Positions 26,392 through 41,275 of a stretch of DNA of 64,000 nucleotides are shown here, one piece after another. The notes under the pieces were generated by a model. The model searched no databases. It saw only the letters and a list, made by a program, of their open reading frames with translations, and was not told the origin of the DNA. A program made the position numbers and the translations under genes. Where the stretch lies: contig NC_087437.1 of assembly GCF_036321535.1 (NCBI RefSeq), positions 111,664,001 to 111,728,000 on the forward strand, read 5' to 3'. How positions within the stretch are numbered: position 1 is the first letter of the stretch; every line of letters starts with the position of its first letter. The stretch comes from Camelus dromedarius. Taxonomy: Eukaryota.

Positions 26392-27371
26392 TAAAATTAA
26401 AAAAAAAAATTTTTAGTTTTATTGAAATTTGGTTGAGTTATGTGTTAGTTGCTGACATACAGCATAGTGATTCAGTTATACATACACACACATATATATA
26501 TATATTCTTTTTCATTATAGGTTATCACAAGATACTGAATGTAGTTCCCTGTGCTCTACATTAGGACTTTGTTGTTTATCTATTTTATAGACAGTAGTTT
26601 GTATCTGCTAATCCCAAACTCTTAATTTATCCCTCTCTCCCTCCCTCTTTCCCCTTTGCTAGCCATAAATTTGTTTTCTATGTCTCTAAGTCTCTTTCTG
26701 TTTTGTAAATAAGCTCATTTGTATAAATTTTTTTTAGATTTCACATATGAGTGATATTGTATGATATTTGTCTTACTCTGTCTGACTTGCTTCACTTAGT
26801 ATAATAATCCTTAGGTCCATCCATGTTGCTGTAAATGGCCTTATTTCATTCCTTTTTTTTGGCTGAGTAGTATCCCATTGTCTATATATATACCACAACT
26901 TCTTTATCTAGTCGTCCGTCCATGGACATTTAGGCTGCTTCCATGTCTTGGCTGTTGTAAATAGTGCTGCTATGAACATCGGGGTGCATGTATATTGTCA
27001 AATTAGAGTTTTCTCTCAACATATACCCAGGAGTGGGATTGCTGGATTATCTGGTAAGTCTATTTTTAGTTTTTTAAGGAACCTCCGTACTACTTTCCAT
27101 AGCGGCTGCACTAAATTACATTCCCACCCACAGTGTAGGAGGGTGCCCTTTTCTCCACACCCGCTGCAGTATTTATTGTTTGTGGACTTTTGAATGACGG
27201 CCATTCTGACTGGTGTGAGGCGGTACCTCAGTGTAGTTTTGATTTGCATCTCTCTGCTAATTAGTGATCTTGAGCATCCTTTCATGTGCCTGTTGGCTGT
27301 CTGTATGTCTTCTTTAGAGAAATGTCTATTTAGGTCTTCTGTCCATTTTTTTAATTGGGTTGTTTGTTTTC
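26392..27371 (-). mobile_element. 5'-truncated L1 (ORF2 C-terminus plus 3' UTR), ~980 bp
   Basis: ORF 27016..27285(-) is L1 ORF2 C-terminal ([19 protein letters not shown]...[21 protein letters not shown]...PAIPLLGI); perfect 15-bp TSD ATTGTTCCTGATTTT at 26377-26391 and 27372-27386. Confidence 0.93.
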
Positions 27372-28680
27372 ATTGTTCCTGATTTTCAAATATCATAAAC
27401 AATGTATAATGAACTTGTGCTTATAGCTCTTTCTTCCTTCTGGATTATTTCCTTGGGATAAATTCCCAGAAGTTTTATACCAAAAGAGGGCATGTGTACA
27501 GTCTTCATCTGTACCGCCAGAGGCCTTTCCAAAACCTTTTCATACCAATTTATATGTGTAAACATCCGCATGGAGCTGCAGGTCTCCCTGCAAACTTGGC
27601 AACATTGTGTATTATTTTTACTTCACGTTTCCAAGTTAATAGGTCTAAAATGGTCTTTCTATATATTTTTAGTTGCTTTTTTTTTTATTATCAATGACTT
27701 TGAGCATTTCCCCATGTTTTTGTGGTTATTATATTTGTGATTATGCACATTGTATCTCTAGCCCTTGTCCTTTTTTTATTGTTGTTGAGGTCTTAATTTT
27801 TTTCATAAACTTGTATGAGCTTGCAGCAGAGTGGAGACATTAGCCCTTTACATACTTTTTCTGCTGTAAGTGTCCTAACCCCACCCTGTGTTTTTTCTGA
27901 ACTCGTAGTCGTAGTCTGGGTTTGTTATAAAGGGCTGGTTGCTTCTGTGTACTTCATAGGATAAGTTCAGGAGGAAGGCCTGAGTGGTGGTGGTGAGAGA
28001 GACGCTGCTGTGGAAGTCGGGGCATGTGCCTGGGGCTCGCAAGTCATGGTATGACACCATCATGCTCCCACAAGCATCCTCAGGGCTGCCCGAGGCCTGG
28101 CTGTCAGCACCTCCCCTAGTGGGACCCAAGCTCCTATTGGACTTTCCCAGGGACATAAGGGTGTTCACGCTTCCTCAGCAAGGCCCCCCTCTCCGAGTCT
28201 GGGCCTGGAGGAGGGTGGGCAGAGCCTCCATGTACCATGCGTGATGCTCTAAGCTGGCCCCGTCTGGAATGCATCAGGGCAGGCACAGCCATGGTCAGGC
28301 GCTGGTCACATGCCACACCCTGGACTTGAACAGTGCTTCCCAGCCTTCCCACGTCATCACACACAGGAAATTATATCTGTGTGGTACAGGGAGGGGGGCA
28401 CTGCCCAGTGCCAAAGTCAAGAGCCCGAGGGAAGCCTGGAGCAGGAACACTCAGCGTGCCTGTGTGCGTCCACCATTGAAGCTGGGGAGCTCTGCCCTGA
28501 AGATGCGCTTGGCCTCGGGGGACAGAGGTTACGGGTGCTGGGCTTGTCTCTAAGGCCGTTAGACTTTCACCAACAGTCTCCTCAGGGTCCTCCCAACCCA
28601 AGCCCACTGCCCAGTCCCAAAGCTACTTCCATACTTTTAGGGTTTTTTTTACCCTGACAACCCACTTCCACATTTCAAAA

Positions 28681-29530
28681 TGTGTATTTGTTTTCTATTG
28701 CTATGTAATGAAATACTCCCAAATTTAATGGCTTAAAACACAAATGAACATGTATTACCTCACAGTTTCTGTGGCGTAGGGCTCCTGGGGGTAGCCTAGC
28801 TGGGAAGTTCTTGCTTGGGGTCTCGTGGGGTCTTGTGAAGTTGCAGCTCAGACGTCGTCTTGGGCTGCGGTCATCTGAGGGCTGGACGTCCAAGGTGACT
28901 CACTCCTGTGGCGGCCAAGCGGGTGCTGGTTGTCAGTGGGAGGCCTTGGTTCTCCCCACCGGGGCCTCTTGAGTGTCCTCGCGACACAGCAGCTGGCCTC
29001 TCCCAGGGCCTGTGAGGTGGAAGAATAAAAGGAAGCCACACACCTTCCCTTCCACCAGACTCTGGGTCACACCGACCAGCTCATTTGTTGAGGGAGGAGG
29101 CTACACAGGATGTGAATTCCAGGAAGTGGAGACCATCAGAGGCGGTCTTGGGGCTGTTCAGGGCTGAATTGTGTCCCGCCTAAAATTCCTTTGTTGAAGT
29201 CCTAACCCCTAGTACCTCAGAATGTTTGGGGGAGATGGGGCCTTTAAAGCGGTGACTCAGTTAAGTTGAGGTCGTATGGGAGGGCCCTAACCCAGCATGA
29301 CTGCAGTCCTTACAAGAAGAGGGAAGGAGGACACAGACACCTGTGGAGGGAAGACCCCGCAAGGACACAGGGAGAGGTCGGCCATTTGCAAGCTAAGGAC
29401 AGATGCCTCAGAAGGAGCCAACCCTCCTCATATGTTGGACGTCCAGCCTCCAGAACTGAAAGGAAACAAAATTCTGTCTTTTAAGTCACCCAGTTTGTGG
29501 TCCTTGTTACCACAGCCCTTGGGATATGAA
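28681..29530. mobile_element. Two adjacent MaLR LTRs: older MLT1 (-, ~28681-29150) and MLT1B-like (+, ~29154-29530)
   Basis: aatggcttaaaacacaaatgaac...ctcacagtttctgtgg; then gggctgaattgtgtccc...gttgaagtcctaacccctagtacctcagaatg...cagcctccagaactg. Confidence 0.75.
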
Positions 29531-32500
29531 GGCTGACCATCAGCGCTGTCAAGCCAAAGAGAAGACCAGCAAGGCTGGTGACCGCTCTGGCTGCCAAGGA
29601 GCAACCAGATCCATCAGAACTTACGCCTCATCTAGTGGAAGAGAAAGAAACTGAAAGAAAGGTATGAAAATAATGGATGGCATCGATTCCAGATAAGCAC
29701 CAGCGAAACAGCATCCTAGCACGAGAGGGGAGTGAGCCTTGCCACAGACCTGGGCGTGAACTTCGGAAAGCCGGCCTTCAGGAAGGTCCCTTGGGGGGGC
29801 GTCCACCATGGCACGTCATTTCCTGCTGCAGATACATTTTCTGGGTGGGCTCCAGGGGTTCTATTTCCTTAATAAGAGAGTGAGAAAACCACATGATGCA
29901 CCTCAAAGGCTGGGCTGAGGCCGCCCCAAGGCCAAGTGTGGGCAGGCCTGGACTTTTCAGCTCAAGATCAAGGTGCCAGGGGCTCCCACTGCCAAGGCAG
30001 ACTCTCTTAAGAGCAACCAACCTAATTATCTAAATAAACACAGGTTGTAAAGAGCGATTAACTTCAGTTTCAGTGTTAAACGGTCGCCAAAAAAATACAA
30101 ATTAAATGGTTGAGTATCTTGTTATCACATGTATTGGGGTGGAGGGTAGTTTGCCAGGAAGAGAGGATGCAAACAAAATCAGTCTGGGAGGGAAATAACC
30201 ATTTAAAAAAAAAAAAAAAAGAAAAGCAAAGAATCCTGCCAGTGGTTCAGAGCTCAGCGTCAACAAGGAAATGGTCATACCCGCGTGGGGCCTGAATTAC
30301 CTCGGGCCTCTTCCTGAAAACACACTGTGGATTCTTTCACCAAGATAAATTCTTTCACTCCCAGGGTAACTATGAGTGCAAAAGCTTGCCTCTGTAAATC
30401 ACACTAGTCACAAGACCTCCTGGGTCCAAGAGGATTGTGATCTTATAAATGGGAGTCTTTTTGGCCCCCGCTTCCTCTGTTAGCCTTAAAGAATATGATC
30501 AGGCACACCTCCTAAGAAAATATTAAGTTTCTAGGACTTACACACAATTCCGCAGGAGCACCCGTTGGTACAAGTTTTCTGCATAACAGTTTGGCAGCGT
30601 GTATCCAAAGCCTTAATATTTTGAATACCTGTTGACAAAGCGATCGACTTCCAAGAATTGGAAACTACCACATGTGTATGCAAATACCTGGCTCTAAGGA
30701 TGTTCCACGTAGAATTCTTTATAATAACAAACAACAGAAATCATCTGAATGTCTACCAAGAACATACTGCCGGTAGATCTGGTATATCTACACCATGAGA
30801 AACTGCGCAGCTCTTTAAAATGATGCTTATATTAAAATTTTTACAAATATGTTAAGAATGGAAAAAAGTAGCTTACAAAGTAATATGTGTATAATCCCAT
30901 TTACACGTAGAAAAGTGACTAGAAGGATGTTCTTTGAAGATTAACTGTTTCCTCCTTAATAGTGAGATTTGCTGGGGATTTTTAATTTCCTGGTTTTGGC
31001 ATTATTTGTGATTTTCAAGTTTTTTAACTACAAACATGTATTTATTTTGAAACAGGAAAAAAACAATAGTTTACAGAAAAAATTAAGTTTATCAGACTTC
31101 TAAGAGTAACTTCATAATTCAGACTGTTGCTTCTTCCCAGTGTAGGAAGTTTATACAGAAATCATACATCTCATTCTCAAATCTCTTGAGTTTTTAGGGT
31201 TTTTTTCAATGGATAAATGTGCTTAGCTAAGAACCCCAAATAATAATGAGACTCCTGAAGACAAAAAAAAAATATCCACAATCAACTCTGTGCCTCTGAA
31301 AGCAATAAAAAAAAAAAAAAAACAGGAAGAAAATTCAAAGAATATCTCTTTACTTCTAGATAAACGTCACGGTTTCTGGGGCAAGTTGAGTTCTACAAAA
31401 GAACAGTTTATTATTACATTTGCAGAAAAATTTACATTTCTGAAAAAATCGCCTCAGAGACCCTCATATTCAAAAGCTGTCGTCTCTCCAGACATGAATT
31501 TTATCTTTCTTTGTAAGAAGTTCATTGTGTACGCTTTCATTTCAAAGCAGTGTAAACTCGTAAAAGCTTGGGAAGTATCTTAAAATCTATAGAGAAAAAA
31601 ATCCCCCATCTCTTTCCCATCAACCAAACACATGCCCTGCTACCATCCTGGCGATTCTCCTTCCATTTTTATTTTTATTTCTTTTCCTATTCCCAGGTTC
31701 AGCTTTAATATTTAGGTCTGCTCATACCAAACTATATATGCTTGTTTTGACTTAACAGGATTCAAAGAAGGCATGTAATTTAGACTATCAGTTATCTAAG
31801 TCCCAAAGGCCTTTTTCAGAAGTACCACTTTCCCATCTAACGTAAGTGGCCCGATGTCAGTAATGGTAACTGACGTACATTGGGTGCTGGCATTGGACCC
31901 TTTAAATGTAGCATTTATTCAGTAGTCATGCCAACCAAGGAGTCATCTCCTCAGATCTTCATGATCCAACCGAGGAAACTGGCTTAGCAAGGGGAATGAC
32001 ACGTCCACTGCTCCATCCTCCTCACAGCTGCCACGGGCAGAGGGTCTTCTGGAATCTTAACCACAGGAGGTGTTTCATTCAAGCTGAGAACCATTCATGT
32101 TTATGCGGGCTTTGACTTCTGCAGTGGCTTTGTACGAACCTCACAGAAAGACAGTGACAAAGGCATTCCTCATGCTACATGGAAGAGTCTGAATGTATTG
32201 AACAGATACCAGGTGCTGGGCAAACCGCAGAGAAGAGCGTGCCCCCTTGCCCTCTGGGGGCTCTCGGTCCAATGAGAGATCCAGGCACAAAAAACAGCTA
32301 ACATAACACAGCACACCATAAGCACCACAACTGCCCGTGGCCGGCATCCGCTCCGTGCAGCAGCCCTCTCCCCGGGGGATGTCCCCCTCTGGGTTCTGGA
32401 AACCACGGCCCTTGCCACTCAGGCTTGGGAGTGCTAGCATCTCTCTGCCCTTCTTTGCCCCAGGGTCCCGCACCATCCTGCAAGGCATTCACATCCCATC

Positions 32501-33145
32501 CACACTTCTGTAAAGCCTCCTCATCAAGCCCACTTTAGAGTGTCTGATTTAAGCCATGGGTGGTCTGCTGGGACCCGGACAATGCCCACTGCTCTTTCTG
32601 ACACTCTTTACTCTTCACAGAGACGTATTTGATGCTTCTGGCACCTAAAACATTTCCTTCCATCTTCATTGGCTGCTTGACTTGCTCCGTCCTCTTTCCT
32701 TTCATTCATGAGGACCTGCCAAATTAGGTTCAGCAGGATGCATCCTTTGGACTGGTGTATTCAGGAGCAGTCAGAGTAACGATGGGTCTATTCCAAGCCA
32801 GAGCGAATTGCCCAGAAGAGCTGACCTGGGGACAACAGAAGGATGACAGCTTCCTGAGGCCCCTCGAGGCAGCTTTTCTCAGCATAGGTTTGAACTCACA
32901 GGTCAGCCCCCCACCCCCAACACACACACAGATTCTAAAGCCAGATATATGGCATGTTTGCATTAGGTGGTGTCCATGTCAGTCCACTAATTTATACATT
33001 ATTTAGGTGCCTACTGTATGCCCAGCACTCCAGTGATCAGGTATTAAGGAACTGCACTTAGCAAAATAAAACAGAACTGTCATGAATACATTCAATTCAG
33101 ATCAAGTGTTTTTATAGTACTGTTTCTCACCATTTGCCTGTTTAG

Positions 33146-33335
33146 ATATGTGTGTGTGTGTATATATATATATATAAAACATTTATACATTTAGATTTGT
33201 AACAAAATGTATACATATATTTATACAGACATATACATATATATATGCATGGTACATTTATACATGCTCCATATAATTATATATATGAATATATATACAC
33301 ATTATATAGACAAAAAGATATCATTTATATATATA
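33146..33335. repeat. (TG)n(TA)n and degenerate TA-rich microsatellite
   Basis: atatgtgtgtgtgtgtatatatatatatata...atatatacac. Confidence 0.85.
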
Positions 33336-34999
33336 CTTAATTCTTTTTCTTCAGAACATCCTTTCCAACTTTTTAGTGTTTAGCCACCGATCCTTCCTTT
33401 CAGCTGGACCTTTTCACAGATTTCCAGTTAATATAAGAGATAAAGGTGGAGTGTCCCCTAGAAGTGAGCTTCCCACCTTGCTCTGGCTACGCGTCCCTGA
33501 GGTGCCTCCTCAGGAAACAGGGTTCCCTGGAACACAGTTTGAGTACCAGTGCTCTCGGAAGAGGAACTACCCATCAAGGGCTGGTCGGGTCAGATGCTGT
33601 GCTCCCCTGTTTGACTCACATGTTTAGCCCTGGTCTCCATGCGCAGCCTGTTAAGTTACCTGGGCCATGAACTCATCTCTTTCTTAGAGGCTCTTGCTTC
33701 TCTTTTTCTGACCCTTTTTTCTAGGGGACTCATCAGTCTATGGTTTTGGCCCCCAATCTATTTCTGTGAAAGCATCCTTGATCCTCATTCCCCTTCTGCT
33801 GGGCCCCCTGAGCATCTCCTGACCCATTGTCACCCCCCACGTGTGCCTCTGTCCATAAGCAGCCAACCACAGGGCCCCTGCCACCTCCAGACCCGCTGAA
33901 TTCCCACTCACCCCTCAGCGAGGGGCTGGCTCTTGCCCTCCTTGGTGATCTTTTTACTCTACTAACCTTACTGGTCGCACCTCCTCCCTTCCAGATCCAT
34001 CCAGAGTACGTTTTCCCGTGGCCCATTCTGAAACCATGACTTATGGATACATGCTTTGTCCCGTTGTTGACTTTCTCCTCCCCTAAGCTGCCTCCTCCTT
34101 GGTTTCCTCCAGCTGGGCCGCATCTTTGACATGTGCCAATCATTCTTGCATACCTGACACCTGCCTTTTTTCCTCACACTCACTTATACCTTAATCACTT
34201 ATACTGTCCATTAGGAAACGCCTCTGCCTTCTTGAGCTGACTCTCAGGGTCCAGAGCCCCTCATTTCTTCATCGCCATAGCCCACCCTTGTACCATCTGT
34301 CTCCTACCAAATAGTTTGAGCCCATGATTCCCCCAGTATGTTTTCCTGGGCTTGCCTAAGTAGAACACTCATATTTAAGGGCACATATTTAATGTCAACC
34401 AGGCAGGGATCTAGGGCCCACACTTCCCCCAGACACTGAGGCTTTGGGCAAGTTACCCATCCTGCTAAGCATTAGTCAAGGTACTTAGCACTAGCTGTCA
34501 TCACAAACAACTCAGTGCTTAACCCGGTGAAGATTTATTTCTTGCTCACATCACTGTCCTTGGAGTGTGGGTGGTTCTTCTGGGTGACTCTCCAGGCAGT
34601 GACTCGGATCCAGGCTTCTCCCACCTCATGGGGCTTCAGCATGAACAGGGAAGGAACGTCACCAGAGTTGCACTTTTAGAAGTTGACTCTAGCAGCATCG
34701 TTTGAATTGACAGCTTAAGGAGACTAAAGGGAGAAAGAACGGATGTGGAACTGCTGTTCTGTTCACCTAACTTCCTCTCTCTTTCCCTTTGTTCAAATTT
34801 TTACCAGATGTTACTGCTTTCTCTGTGCCTCTGTGAGACATTTCTGGCTCAATATGCCAACAAATAAATAGTTTTATTTTTATTTCCTTTGGCATTGTTA
34901 TTACCTGACTCTGCCTCCACCGTCTCTGGTCCCCACTTTGTCTAAAAGATTTCTGAGAGAAAGGTCTTCTTGAAAAAGGCTTTAATAGTCCATTTTTAA

Positions 35000-37900
35000 A
35001 TTTTAAATTATCTAATACAATTGATATACACAAAACAATATATATAACACTTATGCAAGTTGTAAAGCACAATAATATCATGTTTTACACCACAAACAAC
35101 TAGAAGCCTACAGATAACTTGCCTCTACTCCGCTGCACCAGCCCCCGTCCCGCCAAGTGGCAACAGTTATTTTGAGATTTGTGTTTATTTCTTCCCCTTT
35201 GTCACACCTGTTTTATTTCATAAGTATGTATGTTACATACTTTTTTTTAAGTCTTTGTTTCTTTCTTTTTTTGTCTGATACTGATGGTGTCTAACTGCAT
35301 GTCATTTTCTGGGACTAGCCTTTTTCAGTTAACATTGTTTCATCCATACTGTGTGTGTGTAACTATGGTCCAATCATTTGCGCTGATGAATGACATTGCA
35401 TACTTTTTTCATTCTCATAACGATGGATATTTGGGCTGTTTCCAGGTTTTTGCTGGTAAGCACTGTGCTGCCCTGAACACTCTTGTGTATGTTTCCTTGT
35501 GAGCATGCGTGTCACACTTCCTCTCAGGTACAGGTCTGCAGCCCCTTATCACAATTCTGAAAGTCCAAAACTCTGAAAAAAACAAGAATTTTTTTTAAAA
35601 TTCATGTGGCAGAGAAACCTGATGGAACCAGGATGAATGTGAGGTTTTCGTTGGTCCTCACTGATCTCACTTAACGTGCATACTTGTGTATTTCACGGGA
35701 GAGATAACAGTGTATTTGACTATGGGCCGCTGCCCCGTGTGTAGGATTACCTCCCTAAAATCAGAAGAATTGTAAATCCTGAAGGGTTTCAGGAAAGGCA
35801 CATGGTGGTCTCTTAGGAGTCAATCTGCTGAGTCTTAGGATATAAAAATGTTCAAATTTAAAGATGCCCGTGTATGGCCAGGGACACAACCACCAGCCAC
35901 GTTCAAGAGTTTCCAGTGAGTTGCATCTGGCACTGTCAGGCTCTTCATTTTTGCCCATCTGGAAGGCATAAAGTGCCATCACTGTGGTCTTAACATGCAT
36001 TTTTCTGATTACTAATAAGATTAAGTGTTTTCATACATGTGTCAGATGTTTCCTCTTCTGCGAACTGCCCGCTTATAATTTTTGGCCATTTAAAAAAATT
36101 GGATTATCTATTTTGCATTTGTTTGTAGAAGCACTGAATCTTTTGATTGAAAACATCTTTCCCTTTGTGGCTTATGTCTTTTTTTTTTTCTTACCATCTC
36201 TAATTTTTTTCTTCCAGCTTTATCGAGGTATAATTTATATACATTGCTGTATCAGTTTAAGGTGTACAGAATAATGGTTTGACTTACATGCATCATGAAA
36301 TGATTGTCATAATAAGTGAACAGCTATCATCCCATATAGACACAAAATGAAAGAAATAGAAAAAAATTTTTGTGTGTGACGAGAACTCTTAGGATTTACT
36401 CTTTTAACAACTTTCATATATAACATACAACAGAGTTAATTATATTTATCATGTTGTACATTACATCCCTGGGACTTATTTATCTTATAACTGGAAGTTT
36501 GTAGCTTTACTGCCTTCATCCCGTTCCCCCCCACCCCAATCCCCTGCCTCTGGTCATCGTGGTTTGTCTTTTACTTTCTTTATGAAGTATTTCAATGAAC
36601 AGTAGTTCTTAATTTTAACACAATCAAACGTATCAGTATTCTTTTTTTTTTTTTAGTTAGTGCTTTTGTATTTTATTTATGAAATCTTTTCTTATCTCAA
36701 GATCAGAAAACTGTTATCCTATTTTTTTTCTTAAAGTTTTGCTTTTCACATGGAGATCTTCAGTCCATCCGGAATTGATCTTTGTATGGCGATGCAATCC
36801 TGCTTTTTCCCTCTGGATAACCAGATGTGCCATCAATGCATATACGTCACCCTCCCTTTACTGCCCACCTCTCTGCCACGCCACCCTCATCCATACCACA
36901 GTCCCACACACACCCAGCTCAATCTCTAGGTCCTCTCTTTCGGTCCATCAGTTATATCTGTATCCTGGGGCACTGCACTGTCTTAACGTCTACAGACTCA
37001 TGACAAGTCTTAGTATCTGGGGAGGCACGTGCCCTCACCTCATTTGTCTTCCGCAGAAGAGTCCTGACTCTTCTTGGCCTTTTTTTCTGTATAAATATTA
37101 GAATCAGCTTGTATTCCATGAATAACCGGTGGGGATTTGGGTTGGAATTAAGTTGGGTCTCTCTGGATCCATCTGGGAAGAACTGGTATCTGCATGATGT
37201 TGACCCTTTCCCTGAATACCGCTTGAGTGTCCTCCTCCATCCATCCCATTTTCTTCATTCATCTGCAAAGCCTCTCCTCTTCCACCACATTCTTAATTCC
37301 CTCATCCTTTCTCCTTCCCCTTTATTAATAAGAGCTAACACTTACTGCATGTTTGCTGTGTGCCAGGCAGTGTTCTAAGCACTTTATGAAAAATTCATTT
37401 AAGCTTCACAATTAAGCCAGGGTATTTAAAAATACAATTTTTTAAAAAAATTGTGGTTGAAACAACTTAAACAATTTACCATCATTTCTGTGTGTACCGT
37501 TCAGTGATATGAAGTGTGGTCACATTGTACCACCAATCTCCAAAACTCTTTCCATATTTTAAAACTGAAACTCTGTACCCATTAATCAATAACCCCCATT
37601 CCCCTTTCTCTCCTGCCCCCAGCAGCCCCCATTCTACTTTTTGTGTCTATGAATTTGACTCTTGTAGCTACCTCATATAATCATATAGGTAATCATATAG
37701 TATTTGTCCTTTTGTGACTGGCTTGTTTCAGCAGGCATAATATCCTTAAGATTCATCTACATTGTAACGTATTCCAGAATTTCCTTCCTGTTTAATGCTG
37801 AATAATATTCCATTGCATGTACAGACCACATCTTGTGTGTCTGTCCACCCACGTCTTGTCTATTGTGAATAATGCTGCCAGGAGCACGGGGGTGAAGCCG
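35000..37900 (-). mobile_element. Composite old L1 tract with younger insertions (Tigger-like MITE ~35531-35813, L1 3' piece ~36200-36560, L1MB-type end ~37440-37900)
   Basis: L1 reverse-strand motifs (ggatatttgggctgtttccagg; gtggtcttaacatgcatttttctgattactaat; aactgaaactctgtacccattaa); degenerate ORF2-like peptides. Confidence 0.7.
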
Positions 37901-40900
37901 TGGTGTTTCTCTTGCTTCTGGTCCCATTTGAGTCCTTCTCGCACCCCACTCACACTGGTTGTCATGCACCCCCTGTACCCTACTGCTGATTTACCCCCTC
38001 CCCCCTCTCCCTGAGTAATCTATTTCAAGACTTTCTTCCTCTGGGCAGTATTCAAACACCTGGTGATAAGGGCATCAGAAGCAGGTCTCCAGAGCCTGGG
38101 TGGAGATTCAGAAGGGATGGAGGTTGGAACCTTACCTTCGTTCTTTTCTTCTGTAATTCTTTGACTATTTATTGAGCATTAGGCCTCATATAAGGTGCCG
38201 GAACAAGAGGTCCCCATCTAGTCTGGAGGCAGAAAAAGGAGCAGATAAGTGGAGCTGTGAGATACAAGCCATACAAGGATCCGTAGAAACAAAGAGAAGA
38301 AAACTGCGAGCTGCAGCCCAAGGGGTGGGAGTGATGGAGAAGGGACCATGGGGTGTTGCAAGCAGGCAAGAGGGCACACACAAAGGTTCAGAGACCTGGA
38401 GGTTCACAGCATGGCTCTCTGGACACGCAGGGCTCTGCAGGCTGGGGACATGGGCTGGGACGGAAGAACGGCAGCCAGGGGAGAGGAAGTGAGTCACATC
38501 GGGGTTTCTGTGCATGATTCTTAGGAGCTGAACTTGATCTTATGGGTCAGGTGAGTGGGAGCCAGATCTTAAGCTGGGGAATGATATGACTGGAAAGAGC
38601 ATTCTGAGGGCAAAGGGGAGGAGCAGTGGGAGAGGAAGAAAATGAGGGAGGGAGACATCCTGTAAAAGTGACAGGGTTGCAGCTGAGGCTCTGGCTGGGG
38701 ACTGAGAAGGGATGATTCAGACTGAGGAGGAATGAGCGTCAGACCGGGAGGATGCTCGGAGAAGGAGGGAGCCGGGGCTGCTGGCTGGGCTCCCAGGGGA
38801 TGTGGTGGCCGTCACGGAGAGCTGGATGTGGGAGAAGAGTAGGCTTTGGTTGGGCTGCCTGGGTGTCCAGGGTGGGGCGGGTGGAGGATGTGAGGAATGA
38901 GGTCTAGACATGAGGGCGGAGAGGCTCCTGGAAGATAGTAAAGGCAAAACCCATGACAGGAGCTGAAAAGAGCAGCCCAGTTCAAGGCTCTCTGACAGTC
39001 CAGGTGGAGGTGGGCCCAGAGAGAATGTGCAGGTGGAGAGCAAGAGCCCAGGCTCCGGAAGGAGCTCACGTTGGGCGGGACGGGGTGAAGCAGTCAGAGA
39101 CAAATGGGGGAGACGGGTACCAGGCAGCCAGGGTCAGGGTGCAGAACCGTCCAACAAGAGTGTTCCAGAGACGGGCAGGATTAGGACCAGCTCCGCCTCT
39201 TGGCTAGGGCAGCAGCAGGTCCCTGTGACCTGAGGGAAGGAGTCCGTGCCAGGGTGTGTGTTGGATAGAGGCCCATGGAGGGATGGCTGGGACATAGGTA
39301 GGGAAGATGCCGTGGAGGTGGGGGCCAAGAGGACCCTTCCAGACCTGACAGTGAAGGAAAGAGATAAGGCTGGAGAGAGCTTCTGGGGTAGAGGGAGCGC
39401 AGGGTTTTGTTTTTAGCAACTAGAGGAGTTTGTCATCTGTAAGACGTGAGCAGACAGCGCAAGAGAAGTCCTGTGGCTGCGGCCCCCGCCGCTGGGCCCT
39501 GCGCTTTTCCTGAGACAGGCTTCCTGGCTCTGCAGGCACGAACCTCCCATGGGCATCTCCTGATCTGAAAATGCTCTTTAATGACCCCTCCCTTCTGAAA
39601 TGCAGACTAGTTTTTGGTTTTGTTCTGTTTTAATGAATTTACTGACTCATCCTCCAAACTGCCTCCTCTGACTGATTTCCGCTGTCCCTGGCAACGGCGC
39701 CACCATCCCCTTCGTGCCCAGGCTGAAGATCTGAATCATCCTCGATGGGGCCCTCACCCACTCCAACCTCCACTGGAGGCCAGGAGGGTAGAGCTCGGAG
39801 GGTAGAGCTCAGAGGTTAACGGGTTCAACCTGTGGCCTAGGGAGCCTTGCTGCTGTGCTCACGTCCAGACCATGCTGTCTTCTAATTCTCTAGCTGTATG
39901 AGGTCATGTCACCTCTCTGGGTCTGCATCCTCATCCACAAAATTGATGTTTTATATACACATATACACACAGTATCTCTACATATATGTCTATAAGCACA
40001 TGTAATATAAGGAACCTATTCTGTCTTAAATCACATTATAGATTATACAACTTATATAATGGTATGTAGTATTCCATATATATTCTATATATGATATAAA
40101 ATAAACAATCTATCTCATAAGGTTGTTGGAACATTAAATCAGTTAACATACAAGGGCTGAGGACAGAGCCTGGCATAATGTTAACTGTCATTCTCAGTGA
40201 ACTGAAGTTTGCAAATTCTCTAAAATTTCTCCTTCTGCTCTTTAAGTCCTTAGCTTTTCCCAGTGTATATTATTAAAATCACTTCCTAATTGGTCTCCTT
40301 GCCTTTGGTTCCTTTTTTCCCCCAGGGCATCTCATATTGTCCCCAAAGGACAGTAGCATCAGGGCATTTTAGGCTCCCATTTGCTGGCAGAATAATAAAA
40401 TTCAATCTTTAGCTCAGCATTCAGAGATGTCTCGGTTTTGCTCCATTTTCCGTTTCCAGCTTATTCACTGTGTCTGCCCTGCCCACGCCTGCTGCTCCAG
40501 CTGACACTCAGCTGCTAGACTCCCGCTCAGTGCTTCTGGGCCCCTTGCCGTGGTGTTTATACCTCTCTCTTGCCTGCCTCTCCGTAGTGCACGCTCCTCC
40601 CCCACTCCTCCAAACCCCACTCCTCCATAAAGCTTGTCTTGACCAACCCGGTTCCCAGCAATCTCTCCTGCCTCTGACCCCAGCCCCTCTTGTCTGGACC
40701 ACTCACTCCCTGTTTCACACTATTAGACAACGGGTCACACGTGTGGTTTTGTCTGTCCAGCCCTAGTCCTGCGAACGCAAGGCAGGCTTCTTCTGACTTG
40801 TTTTCCTGACAGTACAGAGCCGCATCCTCGGTACGTGTTCAATTAATATTTACCGATTGTGATGACGTTGTGCCAGGATGCTGAAAAACACAGCCTCGTG

Positions 40901-41139
40901 TTTATGAATCCTTTTACTCATCAGTTATTGCTGAGTTTCCACAGTGGACCAGCTACGGGACTAGGTGATGAACAAAATACAAATAGTCTCTGTCCTGGTG
41001 GAGCTTATCGGGTGAGGGATTCTCAGAATAAACCAATCAATAAAATGTTTCAAAGAGTGCTAAAGGACAGAAAAGAAATAAGAATCTTCATCAATGTTCT
41101 ATGTATTTTATCTGTTCTATATGCGGGGCCAGTTACCTA

Positions 41140-41275
41140 ACTGGCAGGGTAGGGGGGGTGTCCTAGTACAAAATGCAAATACAGAGCCCCTTGTTCAAAA
41201 CTATATAAGGACTTCTAGACAATGACAGCAGAGTATTAGAGTAAGCTGATTAAGTCCTTCTAGCCAGCTCTGCCT
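41140..41275. mobile_element. MER91-like hAT-Tip100 remnant
   Basis: caaaatgcaaatacagagccccttgttcaaaa...gacagcagagtatta resembles the MER91 consensus as I recall it. Confidence 0.5.

Noticed and set aside
27016..27285. Active L1 ORF2
   Set aside because: 5'-truncated copy under 1 kb with only the C-terminal remnant.
39783..39810. 14-bp tandem duplication GGAGGGTAGAGCTC x2
   Set aside because: Simple slippage duplication with no further structure.
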